A stretch of DNA of 44,581 nucleotides from Escherichia phage vB_EcoS-K1_SXAU_B4. The notes below the pieces were generated by a model, which was not told the origin of the DNA, made no database searches, and worked only from the letters and a program-made list of their open reading frames with translations. The stretch lies in sequence record OQ696342.1, one strand, 5' to 3'. Below, piece after piece: positions 7,799 to 17,119 of this stretch. Position 1 is the first letter of the stretch, and every line of letters begins with the position of its first letter. Position numbers and translations under genes: made by a program.

Positions 7799-8901
7799 TA
7801 TTCCCCTTTCAGATAATCAGCAACACGTTTATCGAGTTCCGCCATCTGCTTAAGCGTGAGCGGATTCCCGAAACCATCTACAGATATTACGCGAAACTCT
7901 TCCGGCGATATACCGCTGTTGCGGAAAATCTTACCGCGAACAGGGCCGAGCGCCTGGTCCTGAAACCATGCAGGTTGTTGTTTCAGGAACTCGTAATAAG
8001 TGGTGTCGGCGCTTACCTGAGTACCGCCGTCCGCACCTTTAGCCGCTCGTTTCGCTCCTACGTCCAGGAAGTCGAACTCGGAACTGATTACAGGGGCTGT
8101 GCACGACCGGCAATTCGGATGGGCGGGAGGCATCGGCCCTTTACCGATTTCCCACGTCATCCCATCTCTGGCCTTGCAAACGGCTGAGGTCCTAGAATCA
8201 AGAGTAGACACCCACTCGTACTTCTCGATGATGTCGTCGTTCTGGCGGTACGTCTCGTTGCGAGCTTCGTTGGATACGTGAGACAGCGCGGTGCGGATTA
8301 CTGTGGCTGCGTTACGTTCAGAGATGTCCGCCAGCCCGCCCGCGCCTACTACATTCTTAACAATCTGCCGTGTTGTCTGGCCTTGTACGAAACCCATCTT
8401 AACGCCAGTTACAAGACGTGCTACTTCCGTTTCACCCCAGCCCGACATCAGTTTAGTGAAGTCAACAGGCTTGTCGCTCAACGATAGCGGTTGAAACTCG
8501 GCAGCAGCCCACACCTGTTCAGCGGTAGGCGTAACAAATTCCGCATCTACGTTGGCGGTCAGTGTCTTTACGTTCCATTCAGCCTCATACGCCGCCAGCT
8601 CCTTAAGGTCTTCTGTCAGCTTTGTTTGCCAGTCACCTGTAAGTCCAGTTAGCGCTTCTTCGAGGTCACGTAACAGTTTATTCAGCCGGGCGGTGCTGCG
8701 ACCTTCGTCGCCAAATAGCAGAACCTGCCGTTTGATTTCGTCGCGCATTTCCTGAATGAACGGCGCAAGGTCTTTCACTTCACCGGAAGCGGTGCGTTGT
8801 AGCCATATCTGGTGGCTGATTAAGGATGTAAGTAAGCTCATAGGCCCTCCTGTAGTATCGACAGTGTAACGCATAAAAATAATATTTGCAGACACCAACA
8901 T
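7798..8901 (-). CDS. Head morphogenesis protein (Mu F-like / SPP1 gp7-like minor head protein)
   Basis: 367 aa; LDSRTSAVCKARDGMTW...PPAHPNCRSCTAP matches the Mu F family motif; downstream of the portal gene. Confidence 0.8.
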   Translation of the reverse strand: MLVSANIIFMRYTVDTTGGPMSLLTSLISHQIWLQRTASGEVKDLAPFIQEMRDEIKRQVLLFGDEGRSTARLNKLLRDLEEALTGLTGDWQTKLTEDLKELAAYEAEWNVKTLTANVDAEFVTPTAEQVWAAAEFQPLSLSDKPVDFTKLMSGWGETEVARLVTGVKMGFVQGQTTRQIVKNVVGAGGLADISERNAATVIRTALSHVSNEARNETYRQNDDIIEKYEWVSTLDSRTSAVCKARDGMTWEIGKGPMPPAHPNCRSCTAPVISSEFDFLDVGAKRAAKGADGGTQVSADTTYYEFLKQQPAWFQDQALGPVRGKIFRNSGISPEEFRVISVDGFGNPLTLKQMAELDKRVADYLKGE

Positions 8902-8914
8902 AATAGGGTACTAT
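8886..8914 (+). promoter_or_regulatory. Sigma70-type promoter TTGCAG-N17-TACTAT (cassette family copy)
   Basis: Near-identical to the 6731 and 41818 cassettes; leader TTATCGAAACGAGAGATAAGGAATTTAGAAATG. Confidence 0.6.
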
Positions 8915-8948
8915 TCACTTATCGAAACGAGAGATAAGGAATTTAGAA

Positions 8949-9134
8949 ATGACTAACACATACGAACTTACTACAAAGAACGTACAGGCGTATGAAGTTG
9001 TGGAAAACGGCCCAGACTCTACGGATTATGTGGTCGCTGTAGTAAAAGGCGAGAATGCCGCTCTGCTGCGAGCCTCCGCCATGCAAGAGGAAAACGGCTA
9101 CCTCGGATATGGATATACAATTCGTAAGGCCTAA
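8949..9134 (+). CDS. Hypothetical protein (moron island)
   Basis: 61 aa; plus-strand ORF inside the minus-strand structural module, behind a cassette promoter. Confidence 0.45.
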   Translation: MTNTYELTTKNVQAYEVVENGPDSTDYVVAVVKGENAALLRASAMQEENGYLGYGYTIRKA

Positions 9135-9172
9135 GGGCCTTACCTTAATAATTATTTAATCGGAGGTGTGCT

Positions 9173-9403
9173 ATGCGTTGTGGGGTTAAAAAACTCTATG
9201 CAGAAAAAGGGGTTATCGGCGTCTCTTTTATGGTTGTTGATGATGTTGTGTACCACAGTCTTCCAGGTGTAAAAGTTGGCAACAGGTACACGTGGTACAA
9301 AACAAATTCAGGGCTGGAATTTATAGACAGTCTTGTTGCGAAAGGTGTGATTAAACAGGTAGATTGTGACTGGAAGTTTAAACAACCAGTAATACACTTC
9401 TGA
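9173..9403 (+). CDS. Hypothetical protein (moron island)
   Basis: 76 aa ORF; RBS GGAGG upstream. Confidence 0.45.
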   Translation: MRCGVKKLYAEKGVIGVSFMVVDDVVYHSLPGVKVGNRYTWYKTNSGLEFIDSLVAKGVIKQVDCDWKFKQPVIHF

Positions 9404-9412
9404 GAAATCACC

Positions 9413-9721
9413 ATGCGGAAAAGAAAGAAGACTACTAAAAAATACGCGTACAGATATCTTGTCGGGGATTCTAGCGAGTTCCCGGATTCAGAAGACTACG
9501 ATACATTTAAAGCTGTTATATTCGCCAGCGGATGTGTTTATGTGTGCCAACATTACGACGTCGACGCTCCGCAAACAATACACATCCTGTACGCCGATTT
9601 CAGAACGTCTGAATGGATGAAATCATGGTTCAATGGTTTTACAGATTCAATAATATCAAGAGATATTGGCAATCATAAACTCGTAGCGCTAAGGGAAGTC
9701 TGGAAAACTAAGGCCCCATAA
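9413..9721 (+). CDS. Hypothetical protein (moron island)
   Basis: 102 aa ORF followed by a strong terminator. Confidence 0.45.
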   Translation: MRKRKKTTKKYAYRYLVGDSSEFPDSEDYDTFKAVIFASGCVYVCQHYDVDAPQTIHILYADFRTSEWMKSWFNGFTDSIISRDIGNHKLVALREVWKTKAP

Positions 9722-9733
9722 CGGGGCCTTTTT
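9710..9733. terminator. Bidirectional rho-independent terminator (aaggcccc-ataac-ggggcctt + TTTTT)
   Basis: GC stem plus T-run between the plus-strand island and the minus-strand portal gene end. Confidence 0.7.
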
Positions 9734-9734
9734 C

Positions 9735-11207
9735 TTACTCCTGTTGTTGCTGCGCCGACTGCGGAATCTCGTCAGCCACCTGAGCAACCGCGCCTAACGG
9801 CAGCGGCGCATCCTCAATAGCGTTCTGAATATCCTCGTCTGTCCAGTCAGTTACACCCGCCTTGCGCAACGCAGCATAGTAAGCGGTAGCCGGTAACAGG
9901 CCAGCGTTAATGTCTGCCATCCACTGAGCGCGGTCCTGCGCGGTCATAGGTTGCAGGAAGAACTCCATATTTAGCTTGAACTCAATCTCTGTGTCTTCGC
10001 GAAGCCCTAGCATCTCAGCTACCCAGCGCAACGCATCGGTATACGCCATGCTTACGTTACGTGCGATTGTCGCCATAACGGACGTATCGGCACCTCGTTG
10101 CAGGCGGGCCGATTCTGCGGTGATTTGCTGCGTCGGGGTGATAAGCTGCGCACCAATCTGGATGGCCTGGTTCTCTTTATCCAGCATATTCTGCTTAGCC
10201 AGGTTATTCTCTCCTGCCTGAACCAGAAACGCATTGCCGCCGTAACCGATGTTATGGCCTGAACGCGACCCCATACGCACGCCGTGTGGGTTAGCTTCTT
10301 TCCACTGTTCCATGCTCATGTTCTCACCAGGAGCGATGAACAGGGTTGGCTGACCTACAACGAAGCTGGACTCCTCATTGTCTGCGCTGTTACGGAAATG
10401 CCCAATATTAAGCTCAGCCAACGGCAGCAAAGGCGCATCGTCGATGGTCGCATCGTTGTTGCTTGCCCCGATGAACGTGAACGGGATTTTGCCGCGCAAC
10501 TGTTCGCCGAGTTCCGGGAAGATTTCGATTACTTCACCGTGAGCGCCACCTTCTGCATCGAAGCGGTAAATGCGCTGGCGGTAGCGCCCGTCAATCAAAT
10601 CGAGAACGCGATACTGTTCACCGAACTTTGTTTCGAACTCTGCGCCAGGTTCCGAGTATTCCCATACTTCGCGCAACACGACCATTGTCACGCGGTTAAC
10701 CGAACCGATGCGAGTCAGCCGCCAGTTGATGATGTTCTCAGCGGTGTAGAATGCGATGACCGGGTTTAATAACCCCGCGTTCTGTTCCGCCGCCGTTGCC
10801 GCGGCTGTCTCCGGTGCGTCCACCAGCAACCCACCACGGCCAACCGAGTCAATCTCCATCAAAGTGTCCTGCGCGTGCTGCCACAGCCCGACACCGGAAC
10901 CGTCAGCGTTACGTAACAGGTACTCCAGTTCAGGGGGAATAATCTGCTCTGGGTCTTTGCGCATCACTGACCCCACCATCCCCGCCAGCGTTCTCTTGGT
11001 GAAGTTGTAGCAGATAGCGCCGTTCTCATATTCTTCCTGGCGCTGTGCCGCGTATGCAGGGTCTGGTTCGTTCTTCCCGACGTTGCGCAGATAGCGAATA
11101 AGGTCACCCTCTAGGGCGTGTCGCACCTTCTGCCATTTATCGAAGTGATGCAGCCATTCCCGGTGTTTTGTCTTAACACCCTGATTCTGACCGTTCATAG
11201 TTAACAT
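9735..11207 (-). CDS. Portal protein
   Basis: 490 aa, immediately downstream of the large terminase; assigned by position and size. Confidence 0.7.
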   Translation of the reverse strand: MLTMNGQNQGVKTKHREWLHHFDKWQKVRHALEGDLIRYLRNVGKNEPDPAYAAQRQEEYENGAICYNFTKRTLAGMVGSVMRKDPEQIIPPELEYLLRNADGSGVGLWQHAQDTLMEIDSVGRGGLLVDAPETAAATAAEQNAGLLNPVIAFYTAENIINWRLTRIGSVNRVTMVVLREVWEYSEPGAEFETKFGEQYRVLDLIDGRYRQRIYRFDAEGGAHGEVIEIFPELGEQLRGKIPFTFIGASNNDATIDDAPLLPLAELNIGHFRNSADNEESSFVVGQPTLFIAPGENMSMEQWKEANPHGVRMGSRSGHNIGYGGNAFLVQAGENNLAKQNMLDKENQAIQIGAQLITPTQQITAESARLQRGADTSVMATIARNVSMAYTDALRWVAEMLGLREDTEIEFKLNMEFFLQPMTAQDRAQWMADINAGLLPATAYYAALRKAGVTDWTDEDIQNAIEDAPLPLGAVAQVADEIPQSAQQQQE

Positions 11208-11219
11208 TGAATAATCCTC

Positions 11220-12470
11220 TTAAAGTGCGAAAGTCACCGGGATGTTGATTACTGGTTTAACCACCGGCATCTCGTAAACTACAGGATAGCCTAGAGCATC
11301 CGCCATATGGTCGATGATGCCGTCTTTAGCTGGCTCTCCGTTATCGTCGTATGCCTGCTGCTCCAACGTCTTGGCTATCTCAGGGCATAAGTGGTCGTTA
11401 ACCCACAGCTTACCTTTTTCCAGCGCGGTATTCACTGCTAAAACCCGGTCTTTAACCGGTGGATTGGCAGATTTAGCGCGAACATCAAACCCGGCCTGCT
11501 GTAGTAAGGCGATATCAGAGATTGATGCCGAGTTGGTTTTGCGGTTCTTGCCGCTGGCGTCGGGGTAAACGACGATGCGGTGGCCTTGTGACTTCCACTT
11601 CTCAGTAATTACGCGCACGGTGTCCGGCGTATCGAACAGGCCCTTCAGTTCCGCCACCGCGTGCCAGCCGTCTTTACGTTGCACATACACGGCGCTTGCG
11701 TTCTTCGTAACGTTGAAGTCCTGCCCGATGTACAGCGTGTCCCCCGGCTGAATCGTCTCTTTGCTTCGGTGCTTACGGCGGTCATAGGCGTAGTAGACGC
11801 TGCCAGAGGTCAGGTTGACGAACTCACCGTTCAGATACGCGTTAATCAGTTGCGCGGGGTAAGTCTCGGTCAGCGAGCTAATGTAATCCGGCGGCAGGAA
11901 TCTGGCATTCTCGTGAGTGGACGCCTGCACCATCGAGTAACTCGGTGTCGGATTCTCTTTGAACTTGGCGTACACGAACTTGAACCCTTCCGGCGTCGTG
12001 GTAACAGAGATGTGGTTAGTTACGCCAGGGATAACCAGACGCATACGGGCTACTATTTTGTTCCAGGCCAGTTCAGCTTTCTCGCGGCTCAATACGTCCA
12101 GTTCATCCACGACCGCAGCGGCGATTTTGAAGCCGACTATCGAACCAGGGTTATCCATCGAACGGCAGATAACAGTTCCGAGCACCGTCTTACCACGAGT
12201 AACCACGACCTCTTTGTCACCGGATTTAACCAGCACATCAAGGCCGAGCAGGTTAGCAGCTTCCTCGAATGTCGGGTAGAAGATGTCACGGATAGCCGGG
12301 TATGTGGGGCCAAAATAGCCCAGGCGCGTACCGGGGTGCTTGAGCATGAACGTAAGCAGGTCAAGGCAGCCGACAAATGTCTTGCCGCTGCCGAAGCCCC
12401 CGACATAGGCTTTGTATTTGTTGTCGCAATTCAGGAACAGTGCCTGCGGGGCGGATAGCTGAATACTCAT
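11220..12470 (-). CDS. terL: Terminase large subunit
   Basis: 416 aa; Walker A GGFGSGKT, Walker B-like VVDELD, C-terminal nuclease-like region. Confidence 0.9.
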   Translation of the reverse strand: MSIQLSAPQALFLNCDNKYKAYVGGFGSGKTFVGCLDLLTFMLKHPGTRLGYFGPTYPAIRDIFYPTFEEAANLLGLDVLVKSGDKEVVVTRGKTVLGTVICRSMDNPGSIVGFKIAAAVVDELDVLSREKAELAWNKIVARMRLVIPGVTNHISVTTTPEGFKFVYAKFKENPTPSYSMVQASTHENARFLPPDYISSLTETYPAQLINAYLNGEFVNLTSGSVYYAYDRRKHRSKETIQPGDTLYIGQDFNVTKNASAVYVQRKDGWHAVAELKGLFDTPDTVRVITEKWKSQGHRIVVYPDASGKNRKTNSASISDIALLQQAGFDVRAKSANPPVKDRVLAVNTALEKGKLWVNDHLCPEIAKTLEQQAYDDNGEPAKDGIIDHMADALGYPVVYEMPVVKPVINIPVTFAL

Positions 12471-13051
12471 TCCTCTACCTCGCCCATGTTCGTTGTTACG
12501 ATTTTACCTACAGGCTCCGCAACACTGAAAATAATCTCGGTTGGTGCTGTTTCTTCGGTGGATTCGACTGGTTTATCTTTACTGAGGCCCAGCTTCGCGG
12601 CAGCAAACGTAGCCGAGATGCCCGCGGCCCCTGTCTCAGTGAAATATGCCTCTTCAAGCGCCTGTGCTGTCTCATATGCTTCTGCAAATGCGGGAATCTC
12701 ACGCAGCCACAGCTTAATAATCGGGATAGTGACGCCGATGTGTAAGGCGAAGCGGGCCAGTGACGGCGGTTTATCCTGAATCAGGGGGCGTTCGTCACCC
12801 TTAGACGTGGGCACAAGCTTCCACGACGTGCGGTCGAAGAACTCGATTAGCGCGTCGCAATAGTCCGGGTCCCACAACGCGGCGGAATTACGGGATGATT
12901 GGTAAAGGCTCTGTTTGCCACGCGGTCGTTTACGGCGACGGTTTGCGCTAACAGCTTCTTCATGTGCAGCTTGCACCACCTCTGGCGATGGCTGCTTAAG
13001 TTTCAGCTTCATAGAATCCCCTTGCATATGCGTCTGACCATCAGAGCGCAC
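12467..13051 (-). CDS. terS: Putative terminase small subunit
   Basis: 194 aa, directly upstream of and overlapping terL by 4 nt; no motif recognised. Confidence 0.5.
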   Translation of the reverse strand: MRSDGQTHMQGDSMKLKLKQPSPEVVQAAHEEAVSANRRRKRPRGKQSLYQSSRNSAALWDPDYCDALIEFFDRTSWKLVPTSKGDERPLIQDKPPSLARFALHIGVTIPIIKLWLREIPAFAEAYETAQALEEAYFTETGAAGISATFAAAKLGLSKDKPVESTEETAPTEIIFSVAEPVGKIVTTNMGEVEE

Positions 13052-13110
13052 CAGACGCGCCCTACGCGTCTAAAGGGATTATATAAGGTGATTGGGCGGG
13101 ATGTACAGAA

Positions 13111-13130
13111 AAGCCCTCTACGGAGGGCTT
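13111..13130. terminator. Hairpin aagccctc-tacg-gagggctt between the small-gene block and terS
   Basis: Perfect 8-bp stem; no strong T-run, so its function is uncertain. Confidence 0.3.
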
Positions 13131-13188
13131 GTATCAGTTGTATAGGCCGTGTCGTGGTGCTCTTTTACCATCGCCGCCGTAATGGTCG

Positions 13189-13461
13189 TTAGCTACAGCG
13201 ATGGCCCATGCGTTCGGAAAGACTAAAAGTTGCATTAAATTCCTCAAGGTCTATCTTACGAATACATGGTGAAAGGCAATCAGCGAAAACCAACTCACCA
13301 GAATCAATAACGACGAATCGCCATCCTTTGAATATGTTCTCGGAAATACCATCCACAACTTCGCGTACATTAGGCATGTGTTCGGGGAAATCGCGGAAGT
13401 TTCTGGACAAAAATTCAAGCGCCTCACATCGGTTTATGTGGTAGTTATCATATTCAATCAT
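13189..13461 (-). CDS. Hypothetical protein
   Basis: 90 aa ORF in the minus-strand small-gene block. Confidence 0.4.
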   Translation of the reverse strand: MIEYDNYHINRCEALEFLSRNFRDFPEHMPNVREVVDGISENIFKGWRFVVIDSGELVFADCLSPCIRKIDLEEFNATFSLSERMGHRCS

Positions 13462-13718
13462 TCCCCGCTCTCCTTTTTAGCAATACGTTGCTCTGTTTTA
13501 GTGACACCCCGGCGCGTGAATAACACCGGGCTTGTCTTAACGTGCGTCATCAGACGGTTGTTATAAATTACGTGTCGCTCGCAGTCCACGTCTTTGCTGT
13601 ACTTGGCAATCGTCATTTCGTTGATGCCGGTTTGGCGGCATGTCTCCGCCATCGTGCCATATTCTTTAATCAGGTTCGGAATGCTGGTAATCATCCTAAG
13701 AAATTCCTCGTTGTCCAC
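13458..13718 (-). CDS. Hypothetical protein, possible HTH DNA-binding
   Basis: 86 aa; AETCRQTGINEMTIAKYSK resembles a helix-turn-helix. Confidence 0.4.
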   Translation of the reverse strand: MDNEEFLRMITSIPNLIKEYGTMAETCRQTGINEMTIAKYSKDVDCERHVIYNNRLMTHVKTSPVLFTRRGVTKTEQRIAKKESGE

Positions 13719-13863
13719 ATCGCGTTCGGATATTTGTTATCACGGTCCTGTACTACGGCAATCATGTTACCGCGTTGCACCAGGCAGAAGTGGCGCTGTT
13801 GCTCGCCGTTGTAACGGCGCCAGATTGCCTCTTCGATTGCTGCGTTGATGTCGCTGAACATAA

Positions 13864-14061
13864 CTACCCCACTATCTCGTCACCAAGCCAAGCCGTTTCT
13901 CGTATATCATTGACCACACAAGCGGCGTGCTCACGGCTAATTGCAAAAATGTAGAAGCTGAACTTCTTCCCGTCGGCGTCGATGTGGTTAACCGAGTAAG
14001 GTTTCCACAGGACGCCATCAATTACTACAGGCTCAGGCGTGCTCATCTGGCGCCTCAACAA
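13864..14061 (-). CDS. Hypothetical protein
   Basis: 65 aa ORF. Confidence 0.35.
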   Translation of the reverse strand: MLRRQMSTPEPVVIDGVLWKPYSVNHIDADGKKFSFYIFAISREHAACVVNDIRETAWLGDEIVG

Positions 14062-14341
14062 GACAACTCAGCATGTCAGTAATCTCCGTCTCAAGCCGTT
14101 TTCCTAACGCCGATTTAGTGCAGTGTTCGGCCCACTCCCCGGATTGCAACAATCCAATCATATTTTCTATGTCAGACGCGATGGCTTGTAGCTCTTTAAA
14201 CGCCTCTAGAAGTTCTTTATACGCCTCCAGTTGAAACTCACCGTTAATTGACAGTTGCCCGCCTATCGTCTGTTTCTCCGACTCAAGCACCATAATACGG
14301 CGCTCGAGCGATGCAATTGTGATTTTAGGCATTGGTGCCAC
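14033..14341 (-). CDS. Hypothetical coiled-coil protein
   Basis: 102 aa ORF. Confidence 0.4.
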   Translation of the reverse strand: MAPMPKITIASLERRIMVLESEKQTIGGQLSINGEFQLEAYKELLEAFKELQAIASDIENMIGLLQSGEWAEHCTKSALGKRLETEITDMLSCLVEAPDEHA

Positions 14342-14510
14342 CTTTGTTCAGGTTGAAGCGGTTAATCAGTTCGCGGCGCGTCTCATAAAGCGACTCCACC
14401 ATTTGCTCGGCTACCGCGATTTTATTATTCAGGACGCACATCACGTGGCTAATGTCTACGCCGCCGTTAACGGCCTCTACCATCATCTTTTCATATTCAC
14501 GGTCAGTCAT
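14325..14510 (-). CDS. Hypothetical protein
   Basis: 61 aa ORF. Confidence 0.35.
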   Translation of the reverse strand: MTDREYEKMMVEAVNGGVDISHVMCVLNNKIAVAEQMVESLYETRRELINRFNLNKGGTNA

Positions 14511-14706
14511 TTTTACGCTCTCCCCACATGCGGTTGAGATACTTGTTCTTGTCCGGCCCAGGGAAACTGTTGCGTTTCATCAGTTCCTCGCGTGACGGGA
14601 ACGGGGTGTTGCTTACTTTACGGCCTACTCGTAATGGTTGGCTTACCGGGCCTTGTTCGCTCATTTCTTCTCTCCTGTTTAGCATGTTATGTGTAATTCT
14701 AGCCAC
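14503..14706 (-). CDS. Hypothetical protein
   Basis: 67 aa ORF. Confidence 0.35.
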   Translation of the reverse strand: MARITHNMLNRREEMSEQGPVSQPLRVGRKVSNTPFPSREELMKRNSFPGPDKNKYLNRMWGERKND

Positions 14707-14894
14707 TCGACATCAGATTCAAGCTCTTTAATACGTGCCTCTAGTTTAACTATTAAAGAGTCTCGGTACGCCAACTCAGCCGCTATTGCGCTTTTTGAGT
14801 TAAGGCCCTCGGTAGTCATAGCGTTGATGTGCGCTGCGTAAAACCCACCCTCTTCATCAAGCACATCGATTTCTCTTTCCGCGTACAATTTCAT
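14679..14894 (-). CDS. Hypothetical protein
   Basis: 71 aa ORF. Confidence 0.35.
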   Translation of the reverse strand: MKLYAEREIDVLDEEGGFYAAHINAMTTEGLNSKSAIAAELAYRDSLIVKLEARIKELESDVEWLELHITC

Positions 14895-15133
14895 TTCTTC
14901 TCTCCCGCATAAGCTGCTTTCAGTGTCTGCATCGCAGCGAACCAGAACGCGGACGCCGGAATGCTGTTGCTCAGGTTACTAACGGCGATGCGTGCCATCA
15001 GTTGTGCGTCTTTGAATGCTTCGATATCTGTGATTTTCATCTTCTCTACTCCGTTCTCGTTGTCGATGAAGTAAATATAGTAGGGTCGACGGTAATAGTC
15101 AACTAGTCATTGCAGGAAATAGATAAAAAAAAT

Positions 15134-15154
15134 CCCGGCTGGGTCAGGGCCGGG
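15134..15154 (-). terminator. Rho-independent terminator after the lysis cassette (cccggc...gccggg, T-run on the minus strand)
   Basis: Stem flanked by an A8 run on the plus strand, which is T8 on the minus strand, downstream of the endolysin gene. Confidence 0.6.
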
Positions 15155-15220
15155 AAAAAACTGGAGAGTAGAGGGATGGAACAGGAGGTGATTTAAGTAT
15201 CGTCGGATTAGTCTCAGGTG

Positions 15221-15727
15221 TCAACCTTTCACCGCGCGACCGATAGCCTCAGCCTCTTGCCACGGTTTACCGTCGAACAGGGCCAGACGGCCCGCAGTAC
15301 GGCGGCGCAGGCCGAGAACAGGCTCGAGTTTGCCCGTTTTCGGGTTGCGTTGGTTGATGAACTGGCTCATCTTGTGCCGTAAGGTAGGGATGTCACCCTG
15401 TCGTAGTGCCTTACCGGTTCCGGTCGTCGCCGCGATAACACCGGTTCCGGCGTTAAACACCAGGTCAACAACGGCATCAAACTGAGCCTGGGTCAGTGAG
15501 GGGTGCGCGACCTCATCAACTGCTTTCACTGCCCACCGCATATCACGGTTTAGTAGCAGAAGCCCCTGGCCTTCAGTAATTTTCTGCCCTTCATACACAT
15601 CCGGCCCGGTATGGCCCCAGCCTATAGTCCAGTATTTCTCGTTCTTTGTAGCTTTGTATGCAGTTCCGCGGAACTTCTCCCACGCTTTCTTGAACTGCAA
15701 TCCATTATCTGAAATGTTTCGAGACAC
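15221..15727 (-). CDS. Endolysin, GH24 lysozyme
   Basis: AYKATKNEKYWTIGWGHTG matches the T4/P22-type lysozyme motif (YxDxxGxxTIGxGHT); start placed at GTG 15727 with RBS GGAGGG (longest ORF extends to 15778). Confidence 0.8.
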   Translation of the reverse strand: MSRNISDNGLQFKKAWEKFRGTAYKATKNEKYWTIGWGHTGPDVYEGQKITEGQGLLLLNRDMRWAVKAVDEVAHPSLTQAQFDAVVDLVFNAGTGVIAATTGTGKALRQGDIPTLRHKMSQFINQRNPKTGKLEPVLGLRRRTAGRLALFDGKPWQEAEAIGRAVKG

Positions 15728-15977
15728 GCTTGTGCCCTCCGTATGACAGCCACGCCTGGCGAATCTGGCGCAGCGCAACTAATGTGATTAATGTCTCCGG
15801 CAGCGTTGGTGACATGCTGCCCTGTAACAGGTGGATGCATCCGGCGGCGCAGACGATAGCAGTCAGGATATAGAGCACCCGACCGAATAGTCCGTCGTCA
15901 ACGCTGGGGTGATATACATTAAACAGCGATGTGCCCCCAATTGCCAGCATACCGCCGAACCAGAATAACTCATTCAT
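15705..15977 (-). CDS. Holin/antiholin-like membrane protein (2 predicted TM segments)
   Basis: 90 aa from the internal ATG at 15977 with RBS GAGGAGG; ATGAATGA coupling with the upstream holin stop; MNELFWFGGMLAIGG and VLYILTAIVCAAGCIHLL are hydrophobic. Confidence 0.55.
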   Translation of the reverse strand: MNELFWFGGMLAIGGTSLFNVYHPSVDDGLFGRVLYILTAIVCAAGCIHLLQGSMSPTLPETLITLVALRQIRQAWLSYGGHKRVSKHFR

Positions 15978-16278
15978 CCGGGCCTCCTCGACGTGCGATG
16001 TATTCTCCGGCGACGATGCCAGAAAGGCGGGAATAGATAGGCATCCAGAGAATGGCAATGATGAATCCGAGGCCAGCGATTTCACGGTCGCCCGTGATGC
16101 CGAACCATTGAGCCGCCAGAGGTGCACCAAATACGGCGCAGGTGAAACCAGTTGCAATAAAGCAGAATCCGTCGATGGGGCCAGAAATAACGGACTTATG
16201 TTGCCGTAGTCCGATAACCCCTCCGGCTAGTGCGGCGGCCAGAAGCCACCCCGTCACTGTTTCAGTAAATTTATCCAA
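15970..16278 (-). CDS. Holin (3 predicted TM segments)
   Basis: 102 aa; three hydrophobic stretches, charged C-terminus; apparent TTG start with RBS GGAGGA. Confidence 0.6.
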   Translation of the reverse strand: MDKFTETVTGWLLAAALAGGVIGLRQHKSVISGPIDGFCFIATGFTCAVFGAPLAAQWFGITGDREIAGLGFIIAILWMPIYSRLSGIVAGEYIARRGGPDE

Positions 16279-16353
16279 GATGAATCCTCCAGGTGCGTAT
16301 TAAGTATGCAGTAACTGGAGGATAGCACGGGTAGGAATTATCCTAATAACGGT

Positions 16354-16662
16354 TTATTTATGTCTCCAGATGTATTGTCGTCTCTGCGGTTTCGTCGGAA
16401 TATCATCGTATCCCAGCGATTTCCAGTAATTAAATAACCGATTAGCGATTGCAGCGCGTTCCTGTGTCTTGAACTCACCGAGGTTCACGGCCTTCCCGTT
16501 CTGAAATCCACAAGCGCGTACAGCTTTGCGCCTGGCCTGAATCTCAGGGTACAGCGAATTGCGGCGACGCTTGTATATACGCGTCTTCGCTCTCGGTGAC
16601 AGCGGCGCAAGGCCGCTTCGTTTCAGGATGTCAGTTGCAAGTGTCATTCTATTTTTCCGCAC
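16354..16662 (-). CDS. Hypothetical basic protein
   Basis: 102 aa ORF. Confidence 0.4.
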   Translation of the reverse strand: MRKNRMTLATDILKRSGLAPLSPRAKTRIYKRRRNSLYPEIQARRKAVRACGFQNGKAVNLGEFKTQERAAIANRLFNYWKSLGYDDIPTKPQRRQYIWRHK

Positions 16663-17117
16663 CTAACGCACTGCATCATGTAATCGCCGTCGATATCCCA
16701 CTTATGCACGCATTCTTGGGCGTCTTCTTTACGGCGCCCGGATTGCCACATAGTGTCTTCGGCCCCTTCCACATGTGTAACGGACCCACAGTTCGCGCAC
16801 TCGACGTAATCAGGGAACTGGTCTTTGTATTTCTGTAACTCGGCTTCAAGATTATCTATCTTGGTGCGTGCTTCCTCCGACGCTTTTAAAGCAACGTCTA
16901 TCACCTGCGCGCGCCACTCTTTAAGTCCGCTAAGTTCGGCTTCGAGTTCCTTAATTACCCCCGCATACTGCTCTGCAACCGTGTAAGCGGAGGCTTTGTA
17001 CGCCTTAAAATCTGCTTCGAGTTTCACGTAGTCTTCGTATTCTACATAGTCACCGCAGTCATGCTTTATCATATGGGCGTCACCCCATTTATATGTCAAT
17101 TCGTATCTCTGCACCAT
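16644..17117 (-). CDS. Zinc-ribbon protein (paralog of 17320..17703)
   Basis: 157 aa; CANCG...C...CVRCG cysteine pairs; shares the RKEDAQEC block with the neighbouring paralog. Confidence 0.5.
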   Translation of the reverse strand: MVQRYELTYKWGDAHMIKHDCGDYVEYEDYVKLEADFKAYKASAYTVAEQYAGVIKELEAELSGLKEWRAQVIDVALKASEEARTKIDNLEAELQKYKDQFPDYVECANCGSVTHVEGAEDTMWQSGRRKEDAQECVHKWDIDGDYMMQCVRCGKIE

Positions 17118-17119
17118 AA

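Noticed and set aside
11661-12458. 265-aa plus-strand ORF
   Set aside because: Antisense to the large terminase gene, which has clear Walker motifs.
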